NCBI RefSeq assembly: GCF_037042905.1
Contig: NC_087249.1
Span: 12,772,001 to 12,836,000, forward strand
Direction of reading: 5' to 3'
Source: Lytechinus pictus
Taxonomy: Eukaryota
Length of the DNA: 64,000 nt
The notes under the pieces are model-generated. The model was not told the DNA's origin and made no database searches. It saw nothing but the letters and a program-made list of their open reading frames with translations. This document shows positions 36,452 through 51,100 of the stretch, piece by piece. The number at the start of each line of letters is the position of its first letter. Positions within the stretch are counted from its first letter, which is position 1. A program made the translations under genes and the position numbers.

Positions 36452-39400
36452 AAAAGATGAGAATGATATCAAAGTGTCCTGTTGAAAAAACATAGTCAGG
36501 CCCGCCGGAAGGAATTCGAGAGTATTACGGTATGACATAAATCGAGCATGAAGCGCGAGCTACAATTATGGGATATATTGACCAGAAGTCATTTTCAAGG
36601 ATTATTTGTAGACATTCAGGAACATGAAACGGAACTCACAAAATACACAAAGCGAGCTGAAATACTGACCTGAAAAATGGAAATATTACAATAATTTATG
36701 ATCATGACATGGATCCCATTAACAAATTGTGCGAGCGCAGATCGCGAGCATTTTTTTAATATACTGACCTAAAAATGGTCATTGTAACATCAATTTGGTT
36801 GATTAGTTAAGTTTACTAACTTGAAAGCAATTAATCACTTTGATATGATTTGATTTCCACATTCCAATAACAAAAGTATATACAAGTAAAATATTTTTTT
36901 CAGCATAGCATAACAATAAGCAAACTACATAAATAAACATATACATGCATACATAACGTTATTCTGATCAAAATATAATCATAATTGAAAATTTTCTCTC
37001 TTTTAAATCATTGAAACATGTATATGAGCAGAACAAATATATATAAACTCCTAAAAAAAGTTTGGAAATCTGAGTTTGGCCATTAATTTCTCCCAACTCC
37101 CAATTTTACACAATCATGACAATGCATGTATGACATCATTCAAAAGATCATTTAATTCTCTTTAAAATGATACCATGCTTGTTATGATCATGCCACCACG
37201 AAAAGAGCAGGATTCAGAAGTGTTGGATGAGGTCTAAATTGAAAAGCTGCAAAACGAGCAGAAATAGTCATGAAGATTCAATACAGAACAATATTCTTTT
37301 GCCTGTGTCAATAGAGATGAAAATCCATTCAAATCAAGCCCCTGCTTCTTCATTTTTTATGTTTTGTTGTGGTTTATGTAGTGATGATTCTGTGAGATAA
37401 CATGATTTGAGTCGTGGTTTGAAATACCCATGCACGTTTGTTTGTTATGTGTTTGCTTGTGCAGAGGTGTGTTTGATTCCATGTTAATGTTGATGTTAAG
37501 GTGCATGAAAATAAAAGAAACCGCTGAGAAACTCACTCATCACCACGGAAAAAAGAACAGTGACTTTCAATATTGTGTCATTTTGCAACTTTTGAATTTT
37601 GATCTTGCCCCACATTTCAAGGCACTGCACCTCCATGTGAACCATAATCATATCATGTAGGGTATCCTTTTAAAGAGAATTAAATGATGTACTAATTGAT
37701 ATTAATTACACATTGATATTTACTAAAGCCCAGAAGGGATTATCGATCAAAGTCAAATTTCTAAACTTTTTTTGAGGAGTTTATGTATATACCAAAATAA
37801 TACATTTGAAATATGGAACATGAAAATGATGGAGGCTTCGAAAGGAAAGGGGGAAGAAAACCAGACATAAATTGTATTGGAAGCAATGATGTACGAGATA
37901 CACATGATAGTTATTATCATGTTATTATCAGAATATTTAAAATAAATTTTCTGTATCAACATAGTCATCACCATTAGCTCACATCATCACCATCATNNNN
38001 NNNNNNNNNNNNNNNNNNNNNNNNNNNNNNNNNNNNNNNNNNNNNNNNNNNNNNNNNNNNNNNNNNNNNNNNNNNNNNNNNNNNNNNNNNNNNNNNNNNN
38101 NNNNNNNNNNNNNNNNNNNNNNNNNNNNNNNNNNNNNNNNNNNNNNNNNNNNNNNNNNNNNNNNNNNNNNNNNTATTCTAATTACGAATTAATATTAACA
38201 TTCTGCTGTAACGGTATTATTGATTTTAATGAGTTTTTAATCTGGGGTTGTCATTTTTCTTTCAAGCAAATTTGCTTATGAAGACAATCCTTCTCCTGCA
38301 AATTGTGTTTGTTATAATTTGGTAGTAAATCATATTTGTATAAAATTATATGCTGTTAGGTTATGGAAGAATGTATTATACAAATGATATGAATGCAGAA
38401 GAAACCAATCAAATAAAATCAAATCAAATCAAATATTCATGCCACTTTCAACTGTGAGACTTGGCATTTGAAGTCTATAGTACAGAATATAATATGGTAT
38501 AAACGTGAGAGGGGGTGGTGAAAAAGTCTGTTATTACGGCGGAACGACCAAGTGAGGTAATTTGCAAATAATGACGAATACAGTACCTGTATGAATTCTT
38601 CAGAATTCCTCTTGCCATTTTACAAAAGTTATTTCGTTCAGCTCAATTTATTTTGTGAAAAATCCAGGAATGTTCGAATTTCAGGTTTCAATTTCTCTTT
38701 CTCTTTCTCTCCTTTTTTATCAAAACCGTGTACAAACACGTAACTATGACCATCTGATTGTATTTTTTTTTAACGGTCAGCCCACCCCCCCCCCCACTTT
38801 CAAAACCGTTCGGCGGTCCCTGCTTAATTCATTTTACATCAAAGTAAGATTATTGCAAGCGCGAAGCCCGAGGGGAACATTAAGATGTTCAGACTTCAGT
38901 ACGTGACATTCAAGCATTAAAAAAAATACATGTAGTGAAAACTCGAAGCTCACATTTGTCATAAAAACCGAATATTTTACATGGTCCTTTTGAACATGTT
39001 AAGTATACCAATAAACAGGCAATTCGAACGCTATTTGTCAATTTTTCCTCTTTTTATTATTTCTCATTTTCTCTTCTTATCATTCTTTACTTTCTTCTCT
39101 TCTTCATTTCATTCTTCTTCTCCTTGTTGTCTTCTTGATCTTTTTTTTAAACCGCCAATAGGGGGGACGGCTGCTTCGGGCTCCTGGATTCGCCTATATG
39201 CAAGCGCAAGTGAAGATAATATATTATACATGTACGTAATTTTCATCACAAAAGGCAAATGCAAGGATGCCAAACCTACATGTATATAAAGAATTGCAAT
39301 ATTTTGAGAGATGAAAAAAAAAAATTCTTCAACAGACATGTGTGTGTATAATACGATTTTTCATGAAAACCTGCTGTATGAAAAGGTATAAAAATATTGG

Positions 39401-41137
39401 GGGGGGGGCAGTTGGCATCTCTGCAAATGGTATAAAGTCCGCTGTGCTATTGAATATCAATAATACATATCTTCAAAAAGTAAATGATACCAGTTTCCTT
39501 TTCTCAAAGTAATTATAATCTTTATTTTGTGCGTATTGATAGCAGGCCCCTATTTTACGATGAACTTTTGATTAAAACAAATTGTCAGAGAAAAACAATA
39601 TAGCGCTTAATACATGGTGTTTCTAAGCGCTTTACAAAACGATTCATGACAGAAATTGATATTAATCAATGGATCTTGTAAGAGCAGAGGGTTGGAATAA
39701 AAATGAGTCATTATTTTAATTCAATTCAAACTTTAAAAAATATCTCTCATTGTCATACGCATTGGCTCTGTTTCTATATTTTATACTAATGGGCTACAAA
39801 CTACAAAGCCCCACAAACCCTGCCACACGAATATCTATCTACTTAAAGATGGAAGTGTGGCCCTTCAAGGTATATTCTGTTAACTTTGCCTTTTTTCAAC
39901 GAGAATGTAGATATATTGAATTGAAATTCAATTTTGTCTACCCAAGAAGATACTCAGAATCAAACTTTTGACGCATGTTCTAATATAAATTCCACATGTA
40001 AAATATGTGTTATATCAAATTAACGTGAGTTATGGAATTAGATGAAAACAAATTATTAGAAATTAAATAAAAACAGTTGACATTAATATAATGATATACA
40101 TATACACGAGAGGCTAAAAATAACCAGCATTTCTTTTATAAACAAAAAGGGGGGGGGGGAAGCAATGATTTCCTTTAGTTGTGGGAGAATTCGTTTCAGT
40201 TTTAGTTGAAAATGTTCGTAAACTTTAATTTGATTGGGTTTATCAGATTTAAGGAATAGTGAGAATTCTCGTGAGTACTTTGTAAAGTTATTCACAACTC
40301 TATTTGGGAAACATTCTTTGAAAAAAAAAGTTTACACAATATTGAGTAAAAATGGAACATAATTATGTGTGTTGAGCAAAACAAGGTCTAACTATCGGAT
40401 GTACGCATTGCTGCAGCGTTAAATAATCCATGAAACTTGCTTTTTGTTTTTGTTATCCAACAAACAAACGTGTGTATTATTCGACAATTTTTTATTTAAC
40501 CCATTTCAGTGTGCAGGTTGAAATCTGATAGTTACCGATTAATGTTTTTTGCAGCCCCGGCATTCTCTTGTCCAAACTTGATGCGCTAAAATAATAATAA
40601 AAACCCCTCCACAAATATCAAGAACATCATGATAACAAGATGGTTATTATACTTGTACTTTAAATACTTCAACATCTTAGTTTTTTTCTCTAAGGTTTGA
40701 AATTACAGCAGCACTACAATATAAAAAAAATGATAACTAGACTATACCACAAATGTTTGGGGGAGAACAAGAAAATCAACCCTGATTATCCATTCGCTTA
40801 CTCAAATCTCAAAGGCATAAATTTTTATTTTTTTAGGTAATCTTAAAAAAAATCAAAATCCAAAATTATGTAACTTTCTCGATGGAAGCCGATTTTACAT
40901 CCTATTATTAATTGCTTCCAATCTTATCTAATTGCTACTGATTTAATCCCAAGCTAATCCTAGGGCCTATTATCTATTCTCCTATCAATTAATCTATTAT
41001 GTATTTCATATCCTGGTCGGTATTGCTTCTGACTTTAGGATTTTTTATTCTATACTGAGCCTAATACCAGAAGGGCTTCCAATTGTTAATGAAATTTGAA
41101 AGAAAAGATCACCTTTGTGGTAATTGCATTAATGAAT

Positions 41138-41191
41138 AGGGGGCGGGGTGTGATACTGAACTTGTGTAACGGCGAGAGGGGTTATATATAG
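41138..41191 (+). promoter_or_regulatory. Candidate GC box and TATA-like element of gene B
   Basis: GGGGGCGGGG at ~41139 and TATATATA at ~41184, about 240 nt upstream of the ATG. Motif evidence only. Confidence 0.4.
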
Positions 41192-41428
41192 ACATGTATT
41201 TCGTCTTGTAAACTATATTTCAAGATTTATTCTACATCGCCAAAACATCGGAAAACTTAGAGCTGAAGTCTGACTTTCTGAGCGTGCTGAGATCATTTTT
41301 AATCCACTAGTTTCCATCCATAATTAAGGAGCTTCATTTCTTTATCACTTTTATTAACGTGATTTGCCATCCTATTATAATTCACATGTGTTTTTAAATA
41401 ACCGTGTGGTTATCAGATATTCATCGAG

Positions 41429-44400
41429 ATGAAATTAATTCTCATTCTGGTAGGAGTTGCCGTTTTGGCAAACTGCAGCATCGCGGCTCCAGCGGGAGAG
41501 CAGAAAGAAGCACCCATGGTAAGATTTGTAATTCATGTTTCAACATTTATCGGTGGTGTCTATTTAGAGGCCCATTTTGAGGTCCGGTTTTACTTTTTAT
41601 ATGGTCTAATTGTATAACTGTGATTGTATAATGTTCCAATTGTGAATGATAGGAGGGCTCCTTTGTAAAGCGGGCCTCTTTCGTGAATGGGACTACCCTG
41701 CTTTTTAAAAAGAAAACATGAATAAATAAATAATGAATAGATGCGTCTTAAAATTGTGGGAAGCCAAAATTGTCAAAGTTGCATTTACATGATATATCTC
41801 CTATCTTGACTTGGCTCTTTCTTCATGTTTTAATGATGGAGAAAACAATGTTAATAATAATTCTCAGTCAGTTATCAGAGATTCGAGTTTCATTTTAATT
41901 TTATTTCATTTTCAACAAAGTTTAAAATGAGCTAACAAATTGAAATTGTACTATTGGTTGGAGATACATGTCACCGTTGGCTACTCATAGTTAAACCCCA
42001 TATTTAGATCAGAGTTTGAATTAAACTCAAGTTATGAATGTATATATATATATATTTATGTTTACATTTGCATTTAGGGTTCTTGTTTGATATGCCGTAA
42101 TCGCGAAAGTACATTTCCGTCTTGCAAAGTTTTGATAATGAAAGTTTGACAAGTTATTTTGCCGGGTATGGCATCAAAATGAATGCCGAATTTGGTTGAC
42201 GAGTAGGGTGACGAAATATGTGACGTGGTATTGGTTTTTAACTAACGTAACGGATTGATACCATATTTTCTGAGTGTGTTATGGACATCATGTCTCGAGT
42301 TTATCATCAGAAATCGAAACGTCGTACAAAAAAAATAAATCAACAATATAAACATTAATTTGATTCTTGAAGTTAATTGTCAGACCGCTTGTTCATTCTT
42401 AATATTCCACAACATTTGGAACGGATGTTCTGTCAATTCGTTATTGAATTGCATACATCTGCAACATTTCAGATCCCCCAAAGACACAATTTGATTAAAT
42501 GTCTGGACTCTGCTTTCCAATGAATATAATTTTCCTATTACCTTTCTGGAATTGTACCAATTTTCATCCCAGCCAGTCATTTCATTAACTCAATATACAT
42601 TCGTTATTGTTGACCAATAAATTTACAACCATACATTCCAGCGGTTTCTCGCATATTTCCCCTGTAAGGAGACACCTCCTCCAAGGTAGCCTTCAGAAAC
42701 CTCGATACCGGGACCTCGTTTTTGTTGGTATATCAATTTACAATCATTCATATAGATAGCGTTTTCTCTCATACATTTCCCATTTTAGGAGACGCCTCCT
42801 CCTGAAAAGCCTTCAGAAACCTCGGCACCAGGACTCCAGAAAACACCAAAACCGGAACCCAAGGATGAGGAGCCAGTTTCCGGGGCATTCCAGGGAGACA
42901 TGATGCTAACAGAAGAACAGCTGATGAAAGTTGAGGAGGCCATCGATGATGAGAAAGCTGGTCGTAAGAAGAGAAAGGCTACAAATAACGAAAGCCAACG
43001 CTGGCCATACAAAATCGTCCCTTACGTCATTGATTCGTCTTTAAGTAAGCTCATGTTTCGACCTGTGTTTGGCGAAAGTCTTGTTTTACATTCACCGTTT
43101 CCTCCTTGTCCGTTTTTTTTTAATTTGTTTCGGAAGTATCAAAGTGTTGATTTGGGGCTTTATTGGTTTACCCATAAGTGTCCATTATTCGTTTGCTCTC
43201 TTCGCATGATATTTGTTTCGAATGGGATATATTTTAATTTGAACACATCGTATCTATGACCATTTATCATTGTCATTATTTTACTTTGTTAGGAATATTC
43301 ATAACTTTATTCATCGATTACACAGCAACGTCAAACTATTTCAAATCTACAAAATTCGACTTAAATGATCATCGTCTACTTGGTTTTAGACTTTTAATTG
43401 TAATTCTAGACAGAATGCAAGTCTGTGATTATTTGGAGAATGGATGTAAATTTTAATCAAAATGGAAGGAACTTAGATTTTCTCATCCTGTCCTTTAAGA
43501 TTTGGTAGATTTTGTTTACACTTTCCCTTTCATCTCTATCGACGAATGATTAATTCTTTAGGTGGAATATCTAGCTTGATTCGCTCTGCCATGGACCACT
43601 GGGAACAGAACACCTGTCTGAGGTTCGAACCCCGGACCTCGTCACACTCCAGGACGCTGAGGCACGGCTCGTATATCTCATTCTTCCGAGGGTCTGGATG
43701 TTGGTCGCATGTTGGACGAGCCTACCCAAATCAGCAACAGATATCTATAGGACCCGGATGTGGCTACGTAAGTTCACAATAATTGACGTCATCTGAAATT
43801 AACATTGGGTGATTTTAAGTCTGGTGTTGATGCTTAAATTTGTTGAAAGCACAATTTTGATTGCGTTTCTCTAGCCATAAAACCTATTCTGAGTCTACAT
43901 AAACATCCAGGTCACAACATTGACAGCTCGACACTCAGTGAGGTTTCAGGACCAACGTCATTTTATGTTTGGTGTTATGTAAGTTATGTTCATGTAAAAA
44001 AATGATCGAACAGCATTAAAAGATCAACACTGAACTTGAAATCACCCATTGGCTCCACCTTAATCGCATCTTGGGATATCGATAAGCGTTGGAACGAGAT
44101 ATGGTTCTGTTCAATCAAAATAGTTTTTCGCAATCTGTTGCGAAAAAAGAAATGAAATATAACAAGTGTACAATCGTTTATTGTTATACGAAATGCTTAA
44201 GGGTGAATTGAAAGTAGGTATACCTCAGGTAAGAAAAAAAAAACGACTTTTAGTGTTTCCACCTAAAGGCGAAGCAAGATTAGTCACTCAAACAACCTTA
44301 AGCATTAAAATACATGGCGCGAATAGATATTAATATTATTGTTAATATTACTATTGTTATTACTATCATGATTGTAATAATTAGTATTATTATCATGATT

Positions 44401-47400
44401 ATTGTCATTATTATCATCAATATTGCCATCATTGTTATTGTCATCATTATTATTGTTGTTTTTCTATTCAGCAAAAGAAGTAAACATTACAATCAGATAT
44501 ATGAGATAAGTTTAAGTAAATAACTTGGGCAAGTATGTCGAAGATATATTTCACTTCTTATTTTTCTTTTCATGAGTTTCAATAAGAAAAATTTATTCGT
44601 GAAAAATGAATATATTTGCACGCCAAGAATATGTTAGTGTTTGGATTATATGTAGTCATAGTCGTGATCGTGATTACATTTTCTGTTTACAGTTTGGAAC
44701 CATCGTTCACGAAATCGGACACGCCATCGGGTTCCATCACGAACAATCTCGACCCGACAGAGACAACCACATCAACGTCTTCTATCAGAACATCCAGTCC
44801 GGTCGGCAACATAACTTTGCTAAATACTCCTGGGGAACTGTGACGACACAGAATGTTAACTACGATGTTGGCTCAATCATGCATTATGGAGGCTATGTAA
44901 GTATATCAGTGTCATTAATTGTTTAAATTTCTCATTTAGTTTGGTTTATTAATTGTTTAAAAATCTTTTTTGATTTATTGACCTTCTGCAACTTTTTCGT
45001 AAAGGCAAATTAACAAAGAAAATACAATAAACGGTAAACAGAATATTTTTATCAAAGGGATATTTGAATAAAAATGCATCTCTAATTTACATCAATTAAT
45101 ATATATATGTTAATCATTATTCTAAATCATTCTCAATAATATTCCTTCTTTATGCATTTGCATCCCCCTTTTAGGCCTTTTCTTCCAATGGTCAACCGAC
45201 TATCACAGCCCGTGATCCCCGACTCAACAGTCGCCTCGGTCAACGGACCGCTCTTAGCGCGGCCGACATTGCACTGGCAAACCTCATCTACGAGTGCGAC
45301 AACGTCGAAGATTGCTCCGACGCCGACGAATGCCTGAATGAGGGTTATCACGACGATGACTGCGTTTGCGTGTGTCCTGCTGGCTATAGCGGCGACGTGT
45401 GCCAAGATGGCGGACCAACCCTTCCACCAATTAGTTGCTCCAACGTGTTCACCGAGACCATCGGGGTGCTGACGTCTCCTAACTACCCCGGGGACTATGA
45501 CGATGGCGCGACTTGCTTGTACCAGATCGATGTAAGTCTACAAATCAGATGAATAACTGTTTATTTCGATTATTCCTTTTAAGAATATTGATTTGAAAAA
45601 AAAAGAAACATGACCGATGTAACAGAGATTAGTAGTTTTCCATGTCTATCCAAGGGAGCGTTTAATTAACATTTTTATCTGACAAGTACTATTTCATCTG
45701 ACAGTTACTATGGTAACAGTGCCATTCAGCGAATCATAATCAAGGAAAGTTGTCAGACCTGGCAACTTGTCGGACAAAAATGTTGATGAAACGCTCACCT
45801 GACAACTTTCCTTTATTCTTATTGGTTAAGAGGCATTGTTACTATGGTAATTGTCGGATAAAACGTCCGACAAGTCCTTTCATGAAATGCTCCCCTGAAT
45901 AATATGATTCCAACATAATGTAAAAAAAAAAAATTAATGTAAGCAATCTTGAAGTTGCTCAAGTAGAGTTTGTAATAAAATCTAGCCTTTATTTTTTCTT
46001 TTATTCTGATGGTTTCGCTTTCAGGGACCGGTAGGGAGCACTATCGAACTGACATTCATCGACATGAACATCGAAACGGAGGCTCTGTGTCGCTACGACG
46101 CCGTCGAGGTTCGCAAAGACGACATCAACGGTGTCGGAGAGAAGTTCTGTGGAAACACCTTACCCCCCAACCAGATCTCTAGTAGCAACCAGATGCTGGT
46201 TATCTTCACATCTGATTTCAGCATCACCTGGCGCGGTTTCAAAGCTACCTACGAAATCGTGATTGATTCAACAACGAGGCCGCCGACGACGACGACGGCG
46301 GCAACGACCACCGTACAGACGACGACGGAAACAACCACACTGCAGGCAATGACTGATGACCCAGTGGTCGGTACTTGTGGCGGGGAATTTGTTGATGAGG
46401 AAGGACGTTTTGCATCACCGAACTTTCCTAGTGACTACGATAACAATCTTGAATGTGCGTACGTGATCGAAGTGGTTGATGATCGTCGAGTTGAACTCAT
46501 GTTCGAGGACTTTGCTCTTGAGGACCAAGCCTCCTGCCAGTGGGATGGACTCCTGATTAACCTGGGAGATGGTATCAAAGTCGACATGAAGTAAGTGAAC
46601 ACATTACGGCATTTTTGCAATAAATACGCAGACGCTTTTTGGAACGCAGAGAATCTATTGTCTAAAGCCCTTCATGACAAAGCAGTCTTTGTCGAAAATT
46701 GGTGAATAAAATCAGCAGTTTCGTCCTGGACTCTGGACAAAATAAAAAAATAAAAAAACTTAGGATGAAACTGTTATTCACCAATTTTCGTCAAAGACCT
46801 AGCCTGCTGTTCTCTGTCATTTGTTTGACAGGCATTTTCAATACGTTAGGGAATTTTAGCAATCCCTTCGCAGTCGCTTTCTATAACGCAGAAAATCAAA
46901 AGCCCTAAATGACAAAACAGCCTTTGTCGAAAATCGTTGAATCAAAGCAGCTGAGTCGTAGCTCTGGACAAACGACATTTGCATTTTTTATTTTAAGATG
47001 ATCTGCTCTCTTGGTCCACCAACGATCAAACATGACCTCTAATCTCTCCATTGTCAGTTGACGGGCATTTTCAATAGATTCTCAACGTTCCAGAAAGCGT
47101 GTGTGAAGTGGTTTCGAAAATACGCTACTGTCTACCAGAAACGGGAAGTCCTGTTTAGAAACCAATAGGAATTACAAAATCCATTAGTCAACTGGTTTAT
47201 CATATTAGTTGCTTTCTAAATTCACCTTCCTCAATTATTTTACTTATTCTTGGTCTTGACTGTGAACTTACATTCTGCGATTAAAAGTTCATCACAACGA
47301 ACGTAGACAGAGTTCGTCAACACCTTGTATGTGTTGCTACCATCTACGTTAATTGGTACATGACTTTATTATAGTGATGTCAATATGTATCGCGATGTCT

Positions 47401-48160
47401 TCTGCGATTAAACAAGTGATTGACAAGAGTAGAATAATCTCTCTCTGCCGAATAAGTAAAATGAATGATTCATTTTTTTTTTCATCCACTTTTGTACAGT
47501 GAAAATTATAATGGTATTTTACGGATTGTGTGTATTATAAAACTGCGTTCATTGTTCATCTATCTTGGTTTAAGCAAATGAGAGGGTACATCAGGGGCCC
47601 GTAAAACAAAGCTTAGCAATAATCGTAGAACATTTTTCTACGATTGATTCCATTGACTAACATGTACAATCAATCGTGAAGATAAAGCGTACGATTAATC
47701 GATAACATTTGTGTTACGGGTCCCGGGTGTCAAAGAGAAGGTGGAATCAATTCCATGCTCTTTGTCTGCAAAAATTGATTCATATCATTAGTCAAAATAC
47801 GTTATACTAAAAAAGATTATTGGAAATGGAATGCTCTTTTTACAATCCGGTCAATTTACGATATTATCCATGTTTTTTAAATCAAATTTTGTACAAAATA
47901 GATGTTTTTATCAGCAAAAGGTGTTTTGCGTCAATATACTCTCTCCAAACAATTCATGAAGGTCTAATCCCAAATGTCAAAAATTAATATATTTATTAAT
48001 TTTTTTCTTTGTTTATTTATTCTTCTCCAGAATGTGTGGTTCTGAGTATCCAGCCGCTTCTTTGGTGTCAATCGGTAGCAGGATGGAACTTACCCTGAAG
48101 ACAGATGGGTCTGTTAGGGATAGAGGCTTTTTGGCGAGATACCGTGCAATCGATCTCTGA
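41429..48160 (+). CDS. SPAN: SpAN-like astacin metalloprotease, paralog B (closest of the three to SpAN), 602 aa
   Basis: Exons 41429-41518, 42789-43044, 43562-43767, 44693-44896, 45175-45531, 46025-46590, 48031-48160 (1809 nt, GT-AG). Motifs [54 protein letters not shown], two CUBs with a long Thr-rich linker. Symbol rests on recalled similarity to SpAN; orthology needs a tree. Confidence 0.9.
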
Positions 48161-51100
48161 TTCGACGATCGAATAACTAAAGAACTCCTTCAATTAAAAA
48201 TCAAGTTCAAGATTGGATTTTAATACCACCATGACCACTGTAGTCTACACGATGCGATCAAAGTCGCCCTTGTTATAGGTTCATTTTCTCAAACAAAAAG
48301 TTGAATTGACTATCACTTTATGATACCAAAATCATTTTTACCGGCGTCTAGTTTAAATACTTATTGGTAACTCAGGCCATTTGTCATTTTTTGTCTGAAA
48401 TTCAATGAAATTCTTCATGATTATAATGAATTTTTACGATTCGGAACCTGTCCATAAAATTGTGCATGATTGTTTTTTTTTCGAAACGTGGGACCTTTTT
48501 TCAATGTGCTGGTAGGCGACTGTGGGCAAGGTGGGAATTAAATATACTTTCTGTACAACCATAAGGCTTATATAAGGGCAATTCCATTAAATAATCAACC
48601 TTTTTGTACGTCGTCCGACCCCCATTTTTCTCAAGTCTTACTTCACTTTATAAACTGACCAAGTCATGGTCCCTTGAGAACATTACTGACTGTCAAAAGA
48701 ACAAGAAATCAGAGACAGAAAATTTCAGGAAGGCCCCACATATAGGGGATTGGACGTACATATTTTATGGAATTGCCCATAAGCTATTTCTTTGCCAATC
48801 AAGAATTTGTCTGGTATTTTAATGTCTATATGTTTCTTATTCATCTCTAACATGGACATGGGACCCGTTTAATGAAGACGTAGAACAATGGTAGCTTTGT
48901 CACTATGGCAACTAACATGGTAACATGACCCTACAGTCAACGAAAATAAAAGTTTTTAATAGTTACCATAATTACAAAATGACAATAGCCGTACATCTTT
49001 ATGAAACGGGGCCCCCAGAGACATATTTTAATGCTTATTGTATTGTATATATTATGTAAATGCGCTATTTATTAACAAAAAATTGTGACATTTTGGAATA
49101 AAAATGAATACAACTAAATATTACGGTGATCCTTTATAATCATTGAATTGTTTGTAATGATGGAGGGGTTTGGGAATGAGGGAGAGAGCGACGGAGATGA
49201 AGAGGGAGGGAGAGAGAGTGTGCATAAGAGGGAGAGAAGAAGAGAGAGAGAGAGGGGGAGGGGGAGGGGGATGGAGAGAAAGTGATGGTGTGAGAATAAA
49301 CAAGAATTCTATAAAATAGTCGAAACCTTTGAAAACGGAAAGTGAAACGGACTTAATCATGAGAAAGTATTTTTTGTTCATTTCAGAAGGACTTTGTGCA
49401 CCATTCCAGATTTTTTTTGGGGGGGTGAAAAAAAATCAATAAAGAGAGTAGGTAAAATACAAACTGAAAATACATGTAGAAAATGTGAGCATAAAAGGGT
49501 GCCGTAAAGAATAAGACATGGTAAAAGTAAATGTCTGTTATATTATTAAAAAAATAAGAAGAAAGAACACTGGTTCAATTAAAAAGATAAGAAAAGATAA
49601 ACTTAAGAAATAAGAAATTCACTTAGGTGTCCAGCTGATCTAAACTCACTTTTTGATTAAGTAAACAAGTGTAATGTGAATGAATCACAGAGGTTTATGG
49701 GAGGCTTATCAAATGATGTGAGACGAAGCAATACGAATCCTTATAAGGAGTGGTAAATAAATTCACTCAAGACGTTTTCACCCTTCAATGCATCTAAAGA
49801 TCCGGCATCAACATTCCGTTTTCGTAAAGGGTTTGTCACAACTGACGAGATAACAAATATAAAAATAAATCGAGGCTTATAATAATTTGACATAAATCTG
49901 CATGTATCTAAATCAAGTAATTCAGGAAGTAATCAACAAAAAAGACAAAACAACAAATATTAACTTATTAATGTTAATTTAAAATAATTATCTGTCACAC
50001 TTTTTTTTTGTTGGGGGTGGGGGAAATCGTGTTTTTTAAACATTAATAGACGAAAATCGTAAAAAAAATTCTCAAGATCTTTTTTTTTTGTGCGTTAAAT
50101 CCATAGACTTCACTTGTTTATTATTGGTGCCCCCATTATTTTTCAGAAAAGTCGGGGTTATAAAGAAATAATATTTCATATAAAAGTTATTCGTGTTGCA
50201 AGCAAAAGAAAAAGAAAAAAAGGTGTTGGACATATAAATGTAAATTTTAATTCATTAGGTGATAATGTCGGGACAATGTCATGAATTTTCGGAATCTGGC
50301 CACTTCCCTTTTGTTAGTGATACGTGTGGTATGGCGAAAGGAAACAGAGACCAGTGCTAAATTTGCGCAAAAATTGTTTTTAGTAAGTTTTGCATATCAA
50401 AACAAGAAATTTGAAATCATACGTTGCAAACACAGCGTACCACCAGAGTTCCTTAATTCTAGCTACTTTTCAGGGTAGGCTCCATGGTTATGTCGAAATA
50501 CAAACATGCAACATCTTGACTTAATCATACATTTGTAGCTTCGATAACAAGACACTATCTATATTATATTGTAATATAAGCAATCCATTCATTTTTAATG
50601 GAAACAAAATACGAGTATCATTCAAGACTATAAGCGACAAGGTGACTAAAATCGTGACGTCATAAAATCGTATACGTCACAGTCTCACATGCTCATCAGG
50701 TATTAGATATTCAGTAGGTAAACCGAATCAATCGAAGGGTATGAATACACTGCATTACGTAATGTTTGTACCCCCTTGTCAAGCTTGTATTCTTGGGGAA
50801 AGAGACCCAAGAATGATGTCATGCTTGAATATTTACATTTGTTTTATTGAACAAAATGGAGCCATAAAAGAATTGTGTAATTAAAATTCAAAGGCAAGTC
50901 CACCCCAACAAAATATTGATTTGAAATTCAACAAGCATAACAATGAAAATTTCATCAACATCGGGAGTAAAATAAGAAAGTCATGACATTTTAAGGGTTC
51001 GCCTAATTTCGCAAAAAAATTATATGCACATCCTGATCGGTGAGGGTACAGATAACATTACCTACTCACTATTTATTTTGCATTTTATGATGTGAAATAT

